Assembly (NCBI GenBank): GCA_964016885.1
Contig: OZ024756.1
Coordinates: forward strand, 17,112,001 to 17,176,000
Source: Eledone cirrhosa
Lineage: Eukaryota
DNA: 64,000 bases
Direction of reading: 5' to 3'
The notes below the pieces were generated by a model. That model had not been told where the DNA came from and ran no database searches. It saw nothing but the letters and a program-made list of their open reading frames with translations. Positions 1-12,979 of this stretch are shown piece after piece. The position numbers and the translations under genes are program-made. The stretch's first letter is position 1; every line of letters starts with the position of its first letter.

Positions 1-1078
1 AGGCACTTAGCATAGACTTTACCAGAGAGGCTTAACAAGAAGATCCCTCTATAATTGGAACAATCTCTGTTGTCTCTCTCTTTTTGAAAATTTGGATTAT
101 CACTCCCGATTGCAATCGTTTAGGTGCCTTTCCAGAGATCCAGGCCACCCGGTACACATGAGTCAGCCAAAGACTATCCTCTCTAAGGCTTTTAATATCT
201 CGTGCCGAATTTCATCCTCCTCAGCGGCCTTACCACATTTGAGCTTTTTAATTGCTCTTGTGACCTCAGCCTCTGAGAGATTAGTCACCGCTCCTGGATG
301 CTGATCATGTACATCAGAAGATGCAGTTTTGATCAAATAGAGGAGATCGGCAGCAAAGTATTCTCTCCAACTCGCAAGGATGCACCTCTTTGAAGGGAGA
401 AGAACCACAGACGTGTTACTGATAGCATGTTTACAGGAGGACTTCATATTATGAAGTCGGCGGATTGTCTACCAGAACACTTTATTTGCTGATCTGAATT
501 TGGATTCCAACTTAACCCCAAAGCCCTCCTATGTTGTAACTTTGGATGCCTTTACTGTCTCTGCTGTACTTCTTTATGCCTGCTTGTACCACAAGTGCAT
601 GGGGGACTTTTTCCTAGCCAAGCTTTATAGACTAGCTTCTTTGCTTGGATGGCATCTTTCACCTGCAATATTTAGCAGCTGAAGCAGAGGAGGCACATGG
701 CTTAGTGGTTAGAGCATTGGCCTTGCAATCGAAAGGTTGTGAGTTCAATTCTCAGACCGGGTGATGTGTTGTTTCCTTGAGCAAGACACTTTATTTCACA
801 TTGCTCCAGTTTACTCAGCTGTAGAAATGAGATGATAGGGACTGGGGTCCCTATCATTCCACTGCAAAGTGGTCGTGGAGGTGCCACGGCAAAAAAGCAC
901 CCAGCAACTCACTGTAAATGAGGTTGGTGTTAGGAAGGGCATCCAGCTGTAGAAATCAAGCCAGAATCAGTTCCCGTCCCACCCTTGCAAGCAGGGAAAA
1001 GTGCACGTAAAATGAAATGAAATGAAATGAAATGAAGCAGAAACTGCTGAGCTGAACAATCTCCACACTGAAAAAGAA
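1..1078 (-). mobile_element. Decayed RTE-clade (Expander/Rex3-like) LINE, endonuclease-RT linker segment, interrupted by a SINE
   Basis: Minus-strand translation gives WRLFSSAVSASAAKYC ... NLSEAEVTRAIKKLKCGKAAEEDEIRHEILKAL, the usual pre-RT linker of non-LTR elements. It has frameshifts and runs off the left edge. Confidence 0.8.
689..1032 (+). mobile_element. tRNA-derived SINE (family A), full length, with target site duplication
   Basis: Head GGAGGCACATGGCTTAGTGGTTAGAGC...GAGTTCAATTC has Pol III A- and B-boxes. Tail is (AAATG)n. TGAAGCAGA flanks it at 680-688 and 1033-1041. Near-identical copies occur elsewhere in the window. Confidence 0.9.
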
Positions 1079-1084
1079 CCATAT

Positions 1085-2290
1085 CGCATCATCCTTTGCA
1101 CAGGTTAAGAAGGGGCATGTTCAGGTCTTAGGTAAAGGGACCTGTTCGAAAAGTATATTGCAGTCTCTATTTCATGCCACAAAAACTGGCAATAGACCTG
1201 CGACCTGTTCTGGGAGGAGTGGGATGGATTCACAAAGATTGCATATCCCAAGACCCCAAAGAGGGTTTGGAAGGGAGCAAACCTTGACAATTGGAAACTG
1301 GAACATCACAACCCTTACAGGTAAGGAGCAGGAACTAGTGGAGGAAGCTAGATGCTAACAGCTAGATGTAATTGGGGTTTCTTCAACAAAGTTCTGTGGT
1401 TCTGATAATGTAGATTTGGATGGAGGATGGAACCTCCACTATTCAGGTGTGGTGCCAGAATTGACTGCACAGGCAATAGTGGGGATACTCACAAACCCCC
1501 GGCTCTCAGAATGTGTTATGGATTGGATCCCGTTAGGAGGGAGGATTTGCCTCTTGGAGCTTAGGCTGAAAGATAGGTCTCTGTGGGTGGTACAAGTTTA
1601 TGCACCAAACAAGGAGTCCAAATAGAGGTCTTTCCTTGAAAATGTCATTGCAGTGTTAGATGTAGTTAAAACTGAGTCATATATCCTGATGGGAGACTTC
1701 AATACACACGTTGGCACTGACCCCCTGACATGGTAAGGGGTGATTGGAAGGAACAGCAACCCTGATCTAAATACGGATGGGGAGGCCTTACTAGACTTCT
1801 GTTCTAATAATGGACTCTCTATTATGAGCACCTTCTTCTAGCACAGAGACATCCAGAGATATACATGGTATAAGGGACAGAGATAAATAACTGATTTTGT
1901 TATTGTCTCTGATCTCTTCGATTTTGTGCTGGATGTTTGTGTTAAGAGTGGGGCTGAGCTGTCAACTGATTACAATTTAGTTATCTGCAACTTGAGACTA
2001 TCAAAAGCCAAAGAAACCCACAAAACTGGCAGGTCCATGTCGACCTACAGAATAAAATAGTAAGCATTGGTAGCTAAGTAAGTCAGGACCAGATATGCAG
2101 ATATTAAATAATATTATTACACCGAGTTCAAAATCCCGCCGAGGTTAACTTTGCCTTTCATCCATACAGAGGTCGATAAAATAAAGTACCAGTAATGTAC
2201 TGGGTAATTGCTGGCCTTGTGCCAAAAGTAGAAACAATTATTACATCCAAATTCAGAGAACATCCTAAGCTAACTGAGGGTGTTGAAATG
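1085..2290 (+). mobile_element. 5' (AP endonuclease) part of the same RTE/Expander-like LINE, inverted relative to 1-1078
   Basis: LTIGNWNITTLTGKEQELVEEA, GGWNLHYSGV, VVQVYAPN and ILMGDFNTHVG are APE motifs. In-frame stops are present, and a SINE fragment is inserted at about 2110-2240. Confidence 0.85.
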
Positions 2291-2331
2291 TCACTGATGA
2301 CATAAAAATCCAGAAACATGTGTCTGACATT
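2287..2331 (+). ncRNA. Minimal type I hammerhead ribozyme motif, stem II degenerate
   Basis: Stem I AATGTCA/TGACATT, core CTGATGA (2294-2300), GAAA-C-ATGT-G-TC giving a GUC cleavage triplet. Confidence 0.65.
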
Positions 2332-2825
2332 CTCATATGGTTATTGAGAAAGCTGTGACATGATTACAGCTTAAAATATTCATAGCAAAACTTGTGTGGG
2401 CTAGTGTGGAAACATGGACGTTAAATGGTGATGATGATGATGATGATGATGATAATGTTGATGATGATAAATATATTGTATATGCTTTCATGTGTATGTA
2501 TGGTCCTGTAACTCCTGATAGGGGCCTAAGTATAGCAGATTTCTTCCAGAGAAAGATAGAAAGTGAGAGAGAGGAAATGAGAAAGAGATATAGAGGAAGA
2601 ATTGACCCCAGTACTAGACTGGTACTTTTTTTTACAACCTCGAAAGGACGAAAGGTAAAGTTGACTATGGCGGGATTTGAACTCAGAGAGCAGAGAGTCG
2701 GAACGAATACCATAAAGCATTCTATCCAACGTTCTAATGACCCTGCCAATTCACCGTCTTGCCTTTATATACACCCCTATTATATATTAAGTTCTGTGCT
2801 AAGCAACCGAAGTATATGATACAGT

Positions 2826-4340
2826 CATATCATCATCATTTTCATTTCATTTTTACGTCCGCTTTTCCCTGCTTGCAAGGGTGGGATGGGAACTGATTCT
2901 GGCTTGATTTCTACAGCTGGATGCCCTTCCTAACACCAACCTCATTTACAGTGAGTGCTGGGTGCTTTTTTCGTGGCGCCTACACGTCCACTTTACAGTG
3001 TGGGCTGGGTGCTTTTTTGCCGTGGCACCTCCACGACCACTTTGCAGTGGTAGGGTGTGGGGGCATATTGTCTATATGCTTCAGCTTGTACCCATGGGAG
3101 GTCGGGTACTCTGTATTACTGTGTGACGCCAGAGGTCACGGTCATGTGTCATCGCCTTTGAGAGGTGTAATTGGGTAAGGTCGGCTTTTATCACCTCATC
3201 CCAGGTCTTCTTGGGTCTCCCCACTCCGCGGTTTCCATTGACTTCTACTGCTCTGCACCTTTTTATGCAGCTGTCATCCTTCACACGCATCACATGTCCA
3301 TACCAACGCAACTGCCTCTCCTGCACACAGCATTTGATTCCTCTTATGCTCAGTCTCTCTCTCAATTCATTTATGCTTTGCCGTTCACGTATATTACTAT
3401 TATACATCCATCGGAGCATGTAGGCTTCGTTTCTTTCTAATCTATGCAAGTCTTCCACAGACAGCGCCCAGGTCTCACTACCATGTAACATTGCTGTTCG
3501 TATACACGCATCATACAGTCTGCCTTTCATTTTGAGGGAGAAGCCTTTTGCAGCTAGCAGTGGCAGTAGTTCCCTGAACTTCTTCCATCCCGTTCTTACC
3601 CTAGTTATTGTACTTTCTGAACACCCACCTCCACTGCTAATTTAGTCACCTAGGTAGCAGAAGCTGTCTACTGTTTCTACAGAGCCCTCCCAGAGATTGG
3701 TGGTACTTGTTTCCTGTGGCTGTTTGCTGCTTGCTGTCCCAGCACAGCTGCTGCATGTGAAGCCTACATTCTTAATTAAGCTTCCTGAGATCCCGCTACA
3801 TCTCTTGTGTACCCATTGTTTGCATTTGGGGCAGAGAATGGAGTTCCTACCTACACCTTTCCTACATACTGAGCAAGGCCATTTCCCTGAGGGGATCTGG
3901 GTTCTGTTTTCTCGTCTACTTACAAGGACTTAAACTCTTCTGTTATTGCCTGCAGGACTATGATGAACAGGAGAGGGCTAAGAACAGAGCCCTGGTGGAC
4001 ACCAACCTGTACGCTAAATTCCTCGCTATACTCATTGCTAATCCTAACTTTGCTGACTGCTCCCCTATACATGGCTTGTACAGCTTTCACAAACCATTCA
4101 TCTACTCCTAGTTTTCTAAGAGCCCACCAGATTACAGCATGTGGAACTCTGTCAAAGGCTTTCTCGAGATCGACGAATGCCAGGTAGAGTGGCTTACTTT
4201 TAGCTAGGTACTTTTCCTGTAACTGCCTCACAAGGAAGAGGGCATCAGTGGTGCCTCTTCCTGGCACAAACCCAAATTGCATCTCATCTAGTTTCACCCG
4301 GTCCCTAATCAACTGTGCTATAACTCTTTCTGTTACTCTT
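2826..4340 (-). mobile_element. 5'-truncated RTE LINE (RT, Cys/His finger, 3'UTR) with an internal deletion
   Basis: RT motifs QFGFVPGRGTTDA, AFVDLEKAFDRV and VGVHQGSVLSPLLF; finger CSVCRKGVGRNSILCPKCKQWVHKRC; C-terminal LRWYGHVMR...GRPKKTW; 3'UTR ending in (GAT)n. Confidence 0.9.
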
Positions 4341-4362
4341 TATGTTACTGTGCTATAACTCT

Positions 4363-4399
<37 letters not shown>

Positions 4400-4407
<8 letters not shown>

Positions 4408-6110
4408 CACCATTTATTAAATACATCTTGTTAATTCTCAAATAAAATGGATAAACAACGAACAATCTTACACTAACCAACAGATTCATGGAACAAGAGA
4501 ACCTGGAGTGTTTCATGTCTACATAGTCTCTTTGAATACTCCAACAGTAGTCTGCCATCATGTGTGTGTTCCATCTACCTTGATATCTCTCCTCCATAAC
4601 TTTGATATCTTGATGGAAGCACTCGCCATGCTCAACACTAATTTCTCCAAGATTAGCAGGAAATTCACCGAAGTGGCTCTTGAGGAAATGAATCTTTATG
4701 CTCATGTTGCAGCCTAAAAGATGAAAGCTACCAAGCAATGTCTCCACCAAATCCTTGTAGTTTGCAGCCTTTTTGCTGCCCCAAATCCTTTCACAATAGA
4801 CACAAATGTATCCCATGCTTTTTTTTCTACATCAGTCATCGAGCTTGATAAGTTTTGGTATTTTATTAACTTACTGATTTGTGTCCTGTCAAAAACACCA
4901 GCCTTTATTTTATCATAACTTAGGCCAGGAAATATTGTACATATGAATTTGAAACAGTCACCCTCCACATTAACAGCTTTGATATACTGCTTCATTAGTC
5001 CTAGTTTAATATGAAGGGTGGTTTGGCAGTATCGGTAGAGGGTCGGACAACATGCTTTGTAGCACAGAGTTATGCCCCTTTCTGATCTGAGTTCAAATCC
5101 TGTCGAGGTTAACTTTGCCTTTCATCCTTACGGGGTCGATAAAATAAAGTACCAGTAATGCACTGGGTAATTGCTGGCCTTGTGCCAAAAGTAGAAACAA
5201 TATGAAGGGGTGGGCAGATGATTTTCTCTCACCCAAAAAGTGGTTGGTGTATGATATTCTTCTCCCCAACAGTCAAAGTGTTCCTGTTCCTAATGTTTGC
5301 TTTCACTCGGCTATCTCATAAACACAGGAAACACAGATATTTTGTATACCCTCTTTGTTGACCAAGTAAAAAGTTGACCATTTCAGATCCACATATATGT
5401 CCCATTTATATTCATCATACTTGAGTAAATCTAATACAGTTTTTATGTTTTCATACTTCCCTTTCAAGTTCATAGATTGACCAATAGGAATTGTACCCAA
5501 CAAGTTTCCATTATGGAGTAATACACATTTTAGACTCTTCTTTGAACTATCTTTAGGATCATACTGTAGAGCACCCATCGGTTTTAACAGTCCTGCCATG
5601 TCACAGCAGTAAACAAAATCTTTTTCAGTTTTAAAGAATACCAAGAGATCTTTTTCCCTGTTCCGATAAGAAGTTACATTTGTTTCTTTCTGCAACATAT
5701 TCTTCTCTTTAAGTCTAGAAGCTAACAGTTCTGATAACTCTTTTGACAGGCCTAAGTCTCTAAATCATTTAGGTCTGCCTGGTTGAACTTTTCACGTTCC
5801 TTGGTTACTGTATCTACAAAGTCTGTATCACTGTTATGTTCATGATGTTCATCTGATACACATATACCACTTTTATCTTACAGTGAAGGTAATTCTATGT
5901 AAATGGGGACTGGTACTTCATCTGAGTGAAGCTCAGGACGAATTGTTGAATCCAGATTTGGGTAACTTACTTTCTGTCGAGTTTTCTTGCTATAGCCAGA
6001 AGTCTTTGTGAGACAAGAGTAGCAATCTTCTAGATGGTTCTTTGTTTTCCGCCATACCATAGGAGTATCAAATGCTAGTTGTTTCCTTGTGCCATTGTGC
6101 AGGGCCTACA
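4400..6110 (-). mobile_element. Decayed DNA transposase, most like Chapaev3 (CMC superfamily)
   Basis: Fragments PMVWRKTKNHLEDCYSCL, DSSKKSLKCVLLHNGN, PLHIKLGLMKQY, GCNMSIKIHFLKSH and EHGECFHQDIKVMEERYQGRWNTHMMADYCWS, with multiple frameshifts. Superfamily assignment is from remembered motifs. Confidence 0.75.
5019..5198 (+). mobile_element. tRNA-derived SINE (family B, Meta-domain-like core) inserted in the transposase
   Basis: B-box GAGTTCAAATCC and core GCCTTTCATCCTTACGGGGTCGATAAAATAAAGTACC. TSD AATATGAAGGG at 5008-5018 and 5199-5209 splits the PLHIKLG motif. Confidence 0.85.
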
Positions 6111-6134
6111 GTTTATCCTGATCACCAAGTTTAA

Positions 6135-6260
6135 GCTTTATTTTATCGACCCCATAAGGATGAAAGGCGAAGCTAACCTCGAACACAGAACATAAAGGGC
6201 CATAACTATGCTGAAAAACATGGTGTCTGACGCTCTACTGATACTGCCAATCAACATCCC
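6135..6260 (-). mobile_element. SINE family B fragment
   Basis: Reverse complement of the family B core (TTTATTTTATCGACCCCATAAGGATGAAAGGC) plus head. Confidence 0.75.
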
Positions 6261-6319
6261 TTATTTAATAATGTAGTTTGTATCCTTTGAGGTAATGTAT
6301 TATTCAGTAAGGTACACTA

Positions 6320-7075
6320 TCAGTTACTCTAGAACTGATCTGCAAGACTTTCTGAATGTCCTGGCCAAACATTCTCTGGAGGCTGGCTTACACATCAACA
6401 TCTCCAAAACAAAATGTATGACAACTGATAAAAACAATGCCAATCTCCAGCCAGCAAATTGCTCAAGTTACGGAGTTTGTATACTTCAGTCACAAACTAT
6501 CATCAAACAACAATGGAATGGTTGCTGTGCAATATCAAACCGCTCTAGGTTGGGCAGCTTTCAACAAGAACAAAGAAGTACTAACATCAAAACGAGTTTC
6601 TTATCATTTGAAGGCTAAGATCTTCGATACTTACATCCTACCAGTTGTGTTATATGGTCTTTACTGAGTTAATTGGATGACAAGGTCACTTCAGAAGCTC
6701 CCTACAGTCCAGAACCACATCATGAAACTTATGACTGGCAAGAGGCTCAGTGACCATATCTGTATTAGTGAGCTGCTCAACATTACCAAACTTAAACTAA
6801 TTACATCAATTGTCAAGTCAAGAGTACTCAAACTATACGGCCATATAAAAAGATCAACTCGTGGTGTGAGTAGGTTATGCCTGGAAGGAAGGTTGGTTGG
6901 TAAGAGAAGCAGAGGCCGGCAGCCAAAACGATGGCTTGACAATGTCAACTTATGGACTGGACTAGATCTTTTTTCTTTGAACTCTGCTGTTGGTGATCGA
7001 ACTTTGTGGAGAGAGATATCACATGTTAATGTGCAGTCCGCAACTGGCAGAGTTTAGCATCACAAGAAGAATCAG
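6320..7075 (+). mobile_element. RTE-like LINE 3' fragment
   Basis: GLHINISKTKCM, KIFDTYILPVVLYG and LKLYGHIKR...GKRSRGRQPKRWLDNV; AAG-rich tail. Confidence 0.85.
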
Positions 7076-7079
7076 TTCA

Positions 7080-7645
7080 GTTAAGTTTTGCCTTGGAGTT
7101 CCTTCGGTAACATTAGCTGCCAAAGTTTTCTCCAACCATTATGGTCTTGGGTTAGTCATTCCAAATGTCCCCACCTCTTTACTTGTGCCTCCAGATCACA
7201 TATTCCCAGGCTTTCTTTTCTTTTTCTTCATGTGGGTTCCAGATCAGGCCTTGCCTTATGGCACTAGATGTAGGCTTTCAGTGACCAAACCATTTACACT
7301 GTCTCTGGATAATTTCATCATGGAGACTAAGATCAAAGAAAAGTAAAATGTGAAATATAAACAAAATTAACTTGAACATTGAGTTTTGAGACACAAGTGT
7401 ATTAGAATTCATAGGAACATGGGAAAACTTGGCGTAAGAAAGCTGTTAAAACAGCAAAATGTCATCGAAGCGGCATTAGGTAAAACATTACCTCAAAGGA
7501 TAGAAATCAGCGGTCAGAAGTGAGTTGGCTGAAAGAACTGATAGGAAACACTCATCAGCTTTCAGACCGCCGGTGGTTTCGACGATTTAACTGAAATGCA
7601 TAGAATGCCTTTGATTATAGGTCTGTGTCATCAGAGTTGATCTGC
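7080..7645. mobile_element. Two older RTE 3' fragments (about 7080-7320 minus, about 7330-7645 plus)
   Basis: Degenerate C-terminal RT-tail motifs (GKLGVRKAVK...KRHG-like; RGRxRxSW-like). Confidence 0.5.
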
Positions 7646-7724
7646 AGCTAAATATCAACAATTACAAGAAATAATCAACAAACAAAATGAATATAGTTTC
7701 AAGTGAAATAGTTTTAATGTACAT

Positions 7725-7879
7725 AAGTGTTATATATACACACAAACACATATGTATATATAAATATAAATATGTGTGCATATACACATATATACACACA
7801 CATTTATATGTATGAATATACTCATCCATACATACACATTTATATGTATGAATATACTCATCCATACATACACATACAC

Positions 7880-7932
<53 letters not shown>

Positions 7933-8418
7933 CACACATGATGTATACATACATTCATACATACATACAATGTTACCAATAACAACATGATCAATAGTTT
8001 ATTTGGCATTATCAGAAGTGAATATGTCAATTTGTTGTTTTTGAAATATTCTGTACTGTAGCAACAACCAAACAAAAAGTCTGACCACAATTTTACAGAA
8101 TGGTTAAAATGAGTGCTCAATGACAAAATCTGTTGACAGTCTTCTGATCTGGTGCTACCTAGGGGAAAGTAAACACAAGTAGAATGGTAGCTACTAACAA
8201 CAGGTCAGAGAAAATTATCATAGCTATTATATATATATGTGTGTGTGTATATGTATATATATATATACATATATGCACATACATATGCTATATTGTCAGT
8301 GTGTGTATATATATATATATATATGCACATACATATCCTTTATTGTCAGTGTATATGTATGTATGTATATATATATATATATATACACATATATGCACAT
8401 ACAAATGCTATATTGTCA

Positions 8419-8457
<39 letters not shown>

Positions 8458-8544
8458 TACATATCCTTTATTGTCAGTGTATATGTATGTATGTATATAT
8501 ATATATATATACACATATATGCACATACAAATGCTATATTGTCA

Positions 8545-8591
<47 letters not shown>

Positions 8592-8840
8592 TACATATCC
8601 TTTATTGTCAGTGAATATGTATGTATGTATATATATGTATATATAGTCAATGTATATATATGCATGCATGTATGTATGTATGTATACATGCATAAAAACA
8701 TACAAACATCTAATATATACATGTGTAAAATGTATATTTCTTTAGGTATGTATGCTAGAGTGTGTGCATCTATGAATATATACATATATATACTTTAATT
8801 AATTTTTTTTCCTTTATATATATATATACACACACACACT
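7725..8840. repeat. (TA/CA) compound microsatellites with embedded duplicated units
   Basis: The unit TATATGCACATACATAT-(GCTA/CCTT)-TATTGTCAGTG recurs between variable TA runs. Confidence 0.85.
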
Positions 8841-9115
8841 CTCTCAATTGTTTTTTCACATTTTTTTACGTAAGTCACTCCTTTACTACATCTTGTCTTA
8901 ATCTGTGGAAATATAGAATTAAGACTTTAATAGACATAAAAGTGTCCTTTTGTTGTTACAAAAAAAAAAAAAAAAAAAAGAAATTGAAATTTTGTTTGTT
9001 TTTTTTTTCTTTTGTTACTTTCTCTCTCACACAGAATTCTCATCCATACGTCTCTCAATCCCGTACTTCCGTCAAAACTTCCACCCAAATTATTTTACAT
9101 GTTTTTTTTTTTCAC

Positions 9116-9147
<32 letters not shown>

Positions 9148-10149
9148 TCTTTTATTGAAAATTTATTTTTCTTAAAACTATGAAATCTAACTCCGTAGAG
9201 CAGGGAGGAATGGGGGAGAAAGGAGGAATGGGGGAGAAAGGTCAAATAGGATATTTATATTTATTTTTATCTTTCAATTTGTTTTATCCAAAAAAGATTA
9301 AAATTTTATAAAATATTTATATATTAGGTGAGGGGGTTCCAAGAAACCCCCACCGCCCAGTACTGACTACAAAATATTTTCAACTGCTTATTTTTCGTTA
9401 GCCAAAGGAAAAGATACTGGGAACTGGTTTGGTGGATGGGGTGGGGTAAAACAGTGGTAAATTGTTATAAATAAACCCAAATACAGGGTTAGGTTAAGTT
9501 TTCTGGGGATTTGTTTTTTAAAATTTTTTTTTCTCATTTCAAAATTTTTTTTTAAAAATTAATTCACCATTTGAGGAGCATAACTTCTCAAGAGTTCCTT
9601 TATATACATATAATATATGAACATGTGCATATATGTTTGTGTGTGCGCGTGTGTGCATTGTATATATATATATATGTATGTGTGTGTGCGTATGTATAAA
9701 TGTTTATTGATAGGTGGAGAAATATAGTCATCCCCCCCACCAACCGAAAAAAAAAAATTCCACCATAAAAATGTAAACAGGTTTATATTGTTTCATATTT
9801 GTTTTTCTTTTTTTAAATAAAAAAAAATTGAACACAAAAGACAGAAAAATAAGCAGTGTTTGTTGTTATGGAAACAAAAGAGATAATTTGTTGTCCAAAC
9901 AAAATTAAGCAGAACAAAGAAATTCAAAGTTACTTTTTTTAAAATTATTTTAGTCATAAATGAGGTTACTGATAATTGTTGAATGTTAGTGGAGTGATAT
10001 CCCACTCCTTCAGCAGATTGTTTGGGTATTTGGGAGAATATTTATTACATGTGTAATGAGAGAGAGATGTAGAAATCAAGTAGTGAACCTGTTACTGAAC
10101 AAGAGCGGGTCAATCTACAACAGGGAGTGCAGGCTGTTACTACTATATA

Positions 10150-10420
10150 GTAACCCTATAATATGGGCTGGAGCTACATAAAACCCTGTAATATGGGAAA
10201 CAGGATCTGGGGCTGCATAAGATAAGACCCTGTTATGTGGGAAACAGGATCTGGGGCTGCATAAGATAAGACCCTGTTATGTGGGAAACAGGATCTGGGG
10301 CTGCATAAGATAAGACCCTGTTATGTGGGAAACAGGATCTGGGGCTATAGAAGAGCCTGTTATGTGGGAAGCAGAGTCTGGGGCTACATAAAACTCTGTT
10401 ATGTGGGCAGCAGGGTCTGT
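10150..10420. repeat. 44-bp minisatellite, about 6 copies
   Basis: Unit ACCCTGTTATGTGGGAAACAGGATCTGGGGCTGCATAAGATAAG. Confidence 0.9.
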
Positions 10421-10730
10421 CCCTTCAGTGCATTTGAGACGATGAAGGCTTCTCTGCTGCCTGGGATACTTATGACTGACTTTCATTTATTAAGGAAAAG
10501 GTGTCCATACCTGTCCACATTCCCTTTTAACTGGAGGTGTAGATTGGAATGGAGCAGATGGTGTCCTCCCAAGAATGGCTGAGTTCCTGGCCAGGAGCCA
10601 GTGTTGCCAATGTTGAATGTGGGTAGGTTAGGTCATCACAGTTCAGAATGAGGCTATGGCCAATTAAGTGATGCTACCAAAAGATTAGTAAGTAGTTCTA
10701 GCTGCCAGTTTCCAATAAATAGATAGGTAG

Positions 10731-10769
<39 letters not shown>

Positions 10770-11309
10770 ATCTGTGGGCTACATATGGTCACAGTGGGTG
10801 TTATCTCCACCAACTAACATATTAAATCACCAGCTAAAGACTAAAAGAACATTTCAATTGTTTCCACTATTGTAAAGTAGAATAGGAATGAGAAAATGAG
10901 GGAGGGAAGTGTGTGTTTGTAAAATGAAAACTGTTGCAGCAGATATAAAGAAAATAATAAGATTATGTTTGCAGTTTAAGGGACATCAGTCATGTCCAGT
11001 TTACTGGACATCAGATATGTCCAAGTTGTTCAGAGATCAATAAAAAAAAGAAAAAGATGAAAGAGAGCAAAATAGAAAAATAAGAAACAGAAAAAGTAAT
11101 TTATTAAACTGCCACAGCCCTTAAAGTTACATTTTTGGTTGAAAGGGATGACGGCATATTGTATAGTTTCTTTTTTATTGTCTCCTGCATTCATTTTGAA
11201 ATTCTTGAATAAAACTGAAGAAAAAAAATCATAATGCAAAAAAAAAAGAAAAAAAAAAAGAAACATCACATTTTTCTATCCTTTCCATTATGGCAAATAT
11301 ACTGAAAAA

Positions 11310-11490
11310 AATCTCTTCACAACTGATAATGTTCAGAAACAAAGTCTCTCCTCAACTGATAGTGTTCAGAAACAAGGTCTCTCCACAATTGATAATGTTC
11401 AAAAACAAGGTCTCTCCTCAACTGATAATGTTCAAAAACAAGGTCTCTCCACAATTGATAATGTTCAGAAACAAGGTCTCTCCACAAATG
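11310..11490. repeat. 33-bp minisatellite, about 5.5 copies
   Basis: Unit AGGTCTCTCCACAATTGATAATGTTCAGAAACA. Confidence 0.9.
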
Positions 11491-12322
11491 ATGGCTGCCT
11501 ACCCTTGATGAAATGTAATATTTCACAATAGTTACCAGTTGAGGTTATAATACAATCTTCACTGCTGTATTCCATTTAAGGAATTAGAAGGAAAAGATAA
11601 TAACAATCAAAATGACACTAGACACTAAATTCTATTATCCAGCACTGCTGAAGAAAAAAGTTTTTAAAGTTGTGGGTTGATGGTGGCAGAAGAGATAAGG
11701 ATATATCTGTCTTCTTGAAGTTGTGGGTAGGTGAAAAAAAAAACAAATGCCTTTACCTTCTCAAAATTGTGGAAGGGGGAGAGAACAATGACTTTGTCTT
11801 CTCACAAAGCCATGAACACTCCTCCTAAAATCCAAATATTAATTTTTTTTTTTGTTGACAATAAAGTTGCAAAAAAATGTTGACAAGTTTCTGTTAACCG
11901 TAGTTAGAAAGCATTAATTTATAAAGAGGACCATTTCACTGTAACAGTCAGTAATATACAAGAGAATAAACTGTAGGGAAGGGGGAGGAAAACACTACCA
12001 ACAATTAAATGAAAACTGTGAGGGGGTGGGTGGGAGGGAGAAATCAAGTTATGTCCCACTGTAATTCATCCAATCTCAATAAAAAAATATGCACAAATAC
12101 AACACACCAAAGACCCACCATTCTCTTATAAACAATTTTCTTTCTCCTCTCCCTACCATCATTCAGCACCAGAAAAATCTGGTATCAATTTTTGTCTATA
12201 CATAGCTAAGTGAACTGAGGCAAAGTATATATATATATGTATATATATATATATAGAGAGAGAGATTTGAACTAATGGGTTGGGTGTGTAATTTTACATT
12301 AACCACAGTCACATTGTCTCTA

Positions 12323-12376
<54 letters not shown>

Positions 12377-12384
12377 ATTTTTAA

Positions 12385-12479
12385 AAAACTGATGATTTAG
12401 GTTGATCTATATGAGTAAATTATCTCCAATAATGGAATTTGCCTACTGAAAGACTAACACCATGAAACTTAAGTATTCA
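12385..12479 (+). ncRNA. Degenerate type I hammerhead motif with long stem II
   Basis: CTGATGA at 12389, partly paired stem II (GTTGATCT/AGACTAAC), GAAA-C-TTAA-G-TA at 12464-12475. Stem I is poor. Confidence 0.5.
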
Positions 12480-12979
12480 TGAAATTGTATGCCTAAATAC
12501 CATGTATTAAGATAAGTATGTATGTGTGAGCATGTTATATATATATAAAGAAGGAGAGAGAGAGAGAGAGAGAGAGATCAAGAAGAAAGAGATAGAGTAT
12601 AGTTTCAGAGATTTTATCACCAAATATCAGGAAAACAATTTTAACTTCATCTTATTTTTATCATTTACATTCTTTTACCTGTCTCAGCCCATGGACTGTG
12701 AACATGCTAGGGCACTGCCATTACAAGTATTTACACATATACACACACACCTATACATATATATATATATATATATATATCACATACATGCTATATTGTA
12801 CTATATACCCAATATATATATAAATAGACTAGAAAACACTGGAGGGAGACACAGTTGTATTTAGGGCTATAAAAATAAAGTTTATCTCTAGTAAATATGG
12901 TAGAAAGGTTAGTTTATTTCCAATAGATGACATTTCTTATATCATTTAACTGACAGCAGAAAGAAAACAGCAAGTTACA

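Noticed and set aside
689-770. tRNA gene calls for SINE heads
   Set aside because: A/B boxes run straight into SINE body and tail, with TSDs and multiple copies; there is no proper acceptor stem.
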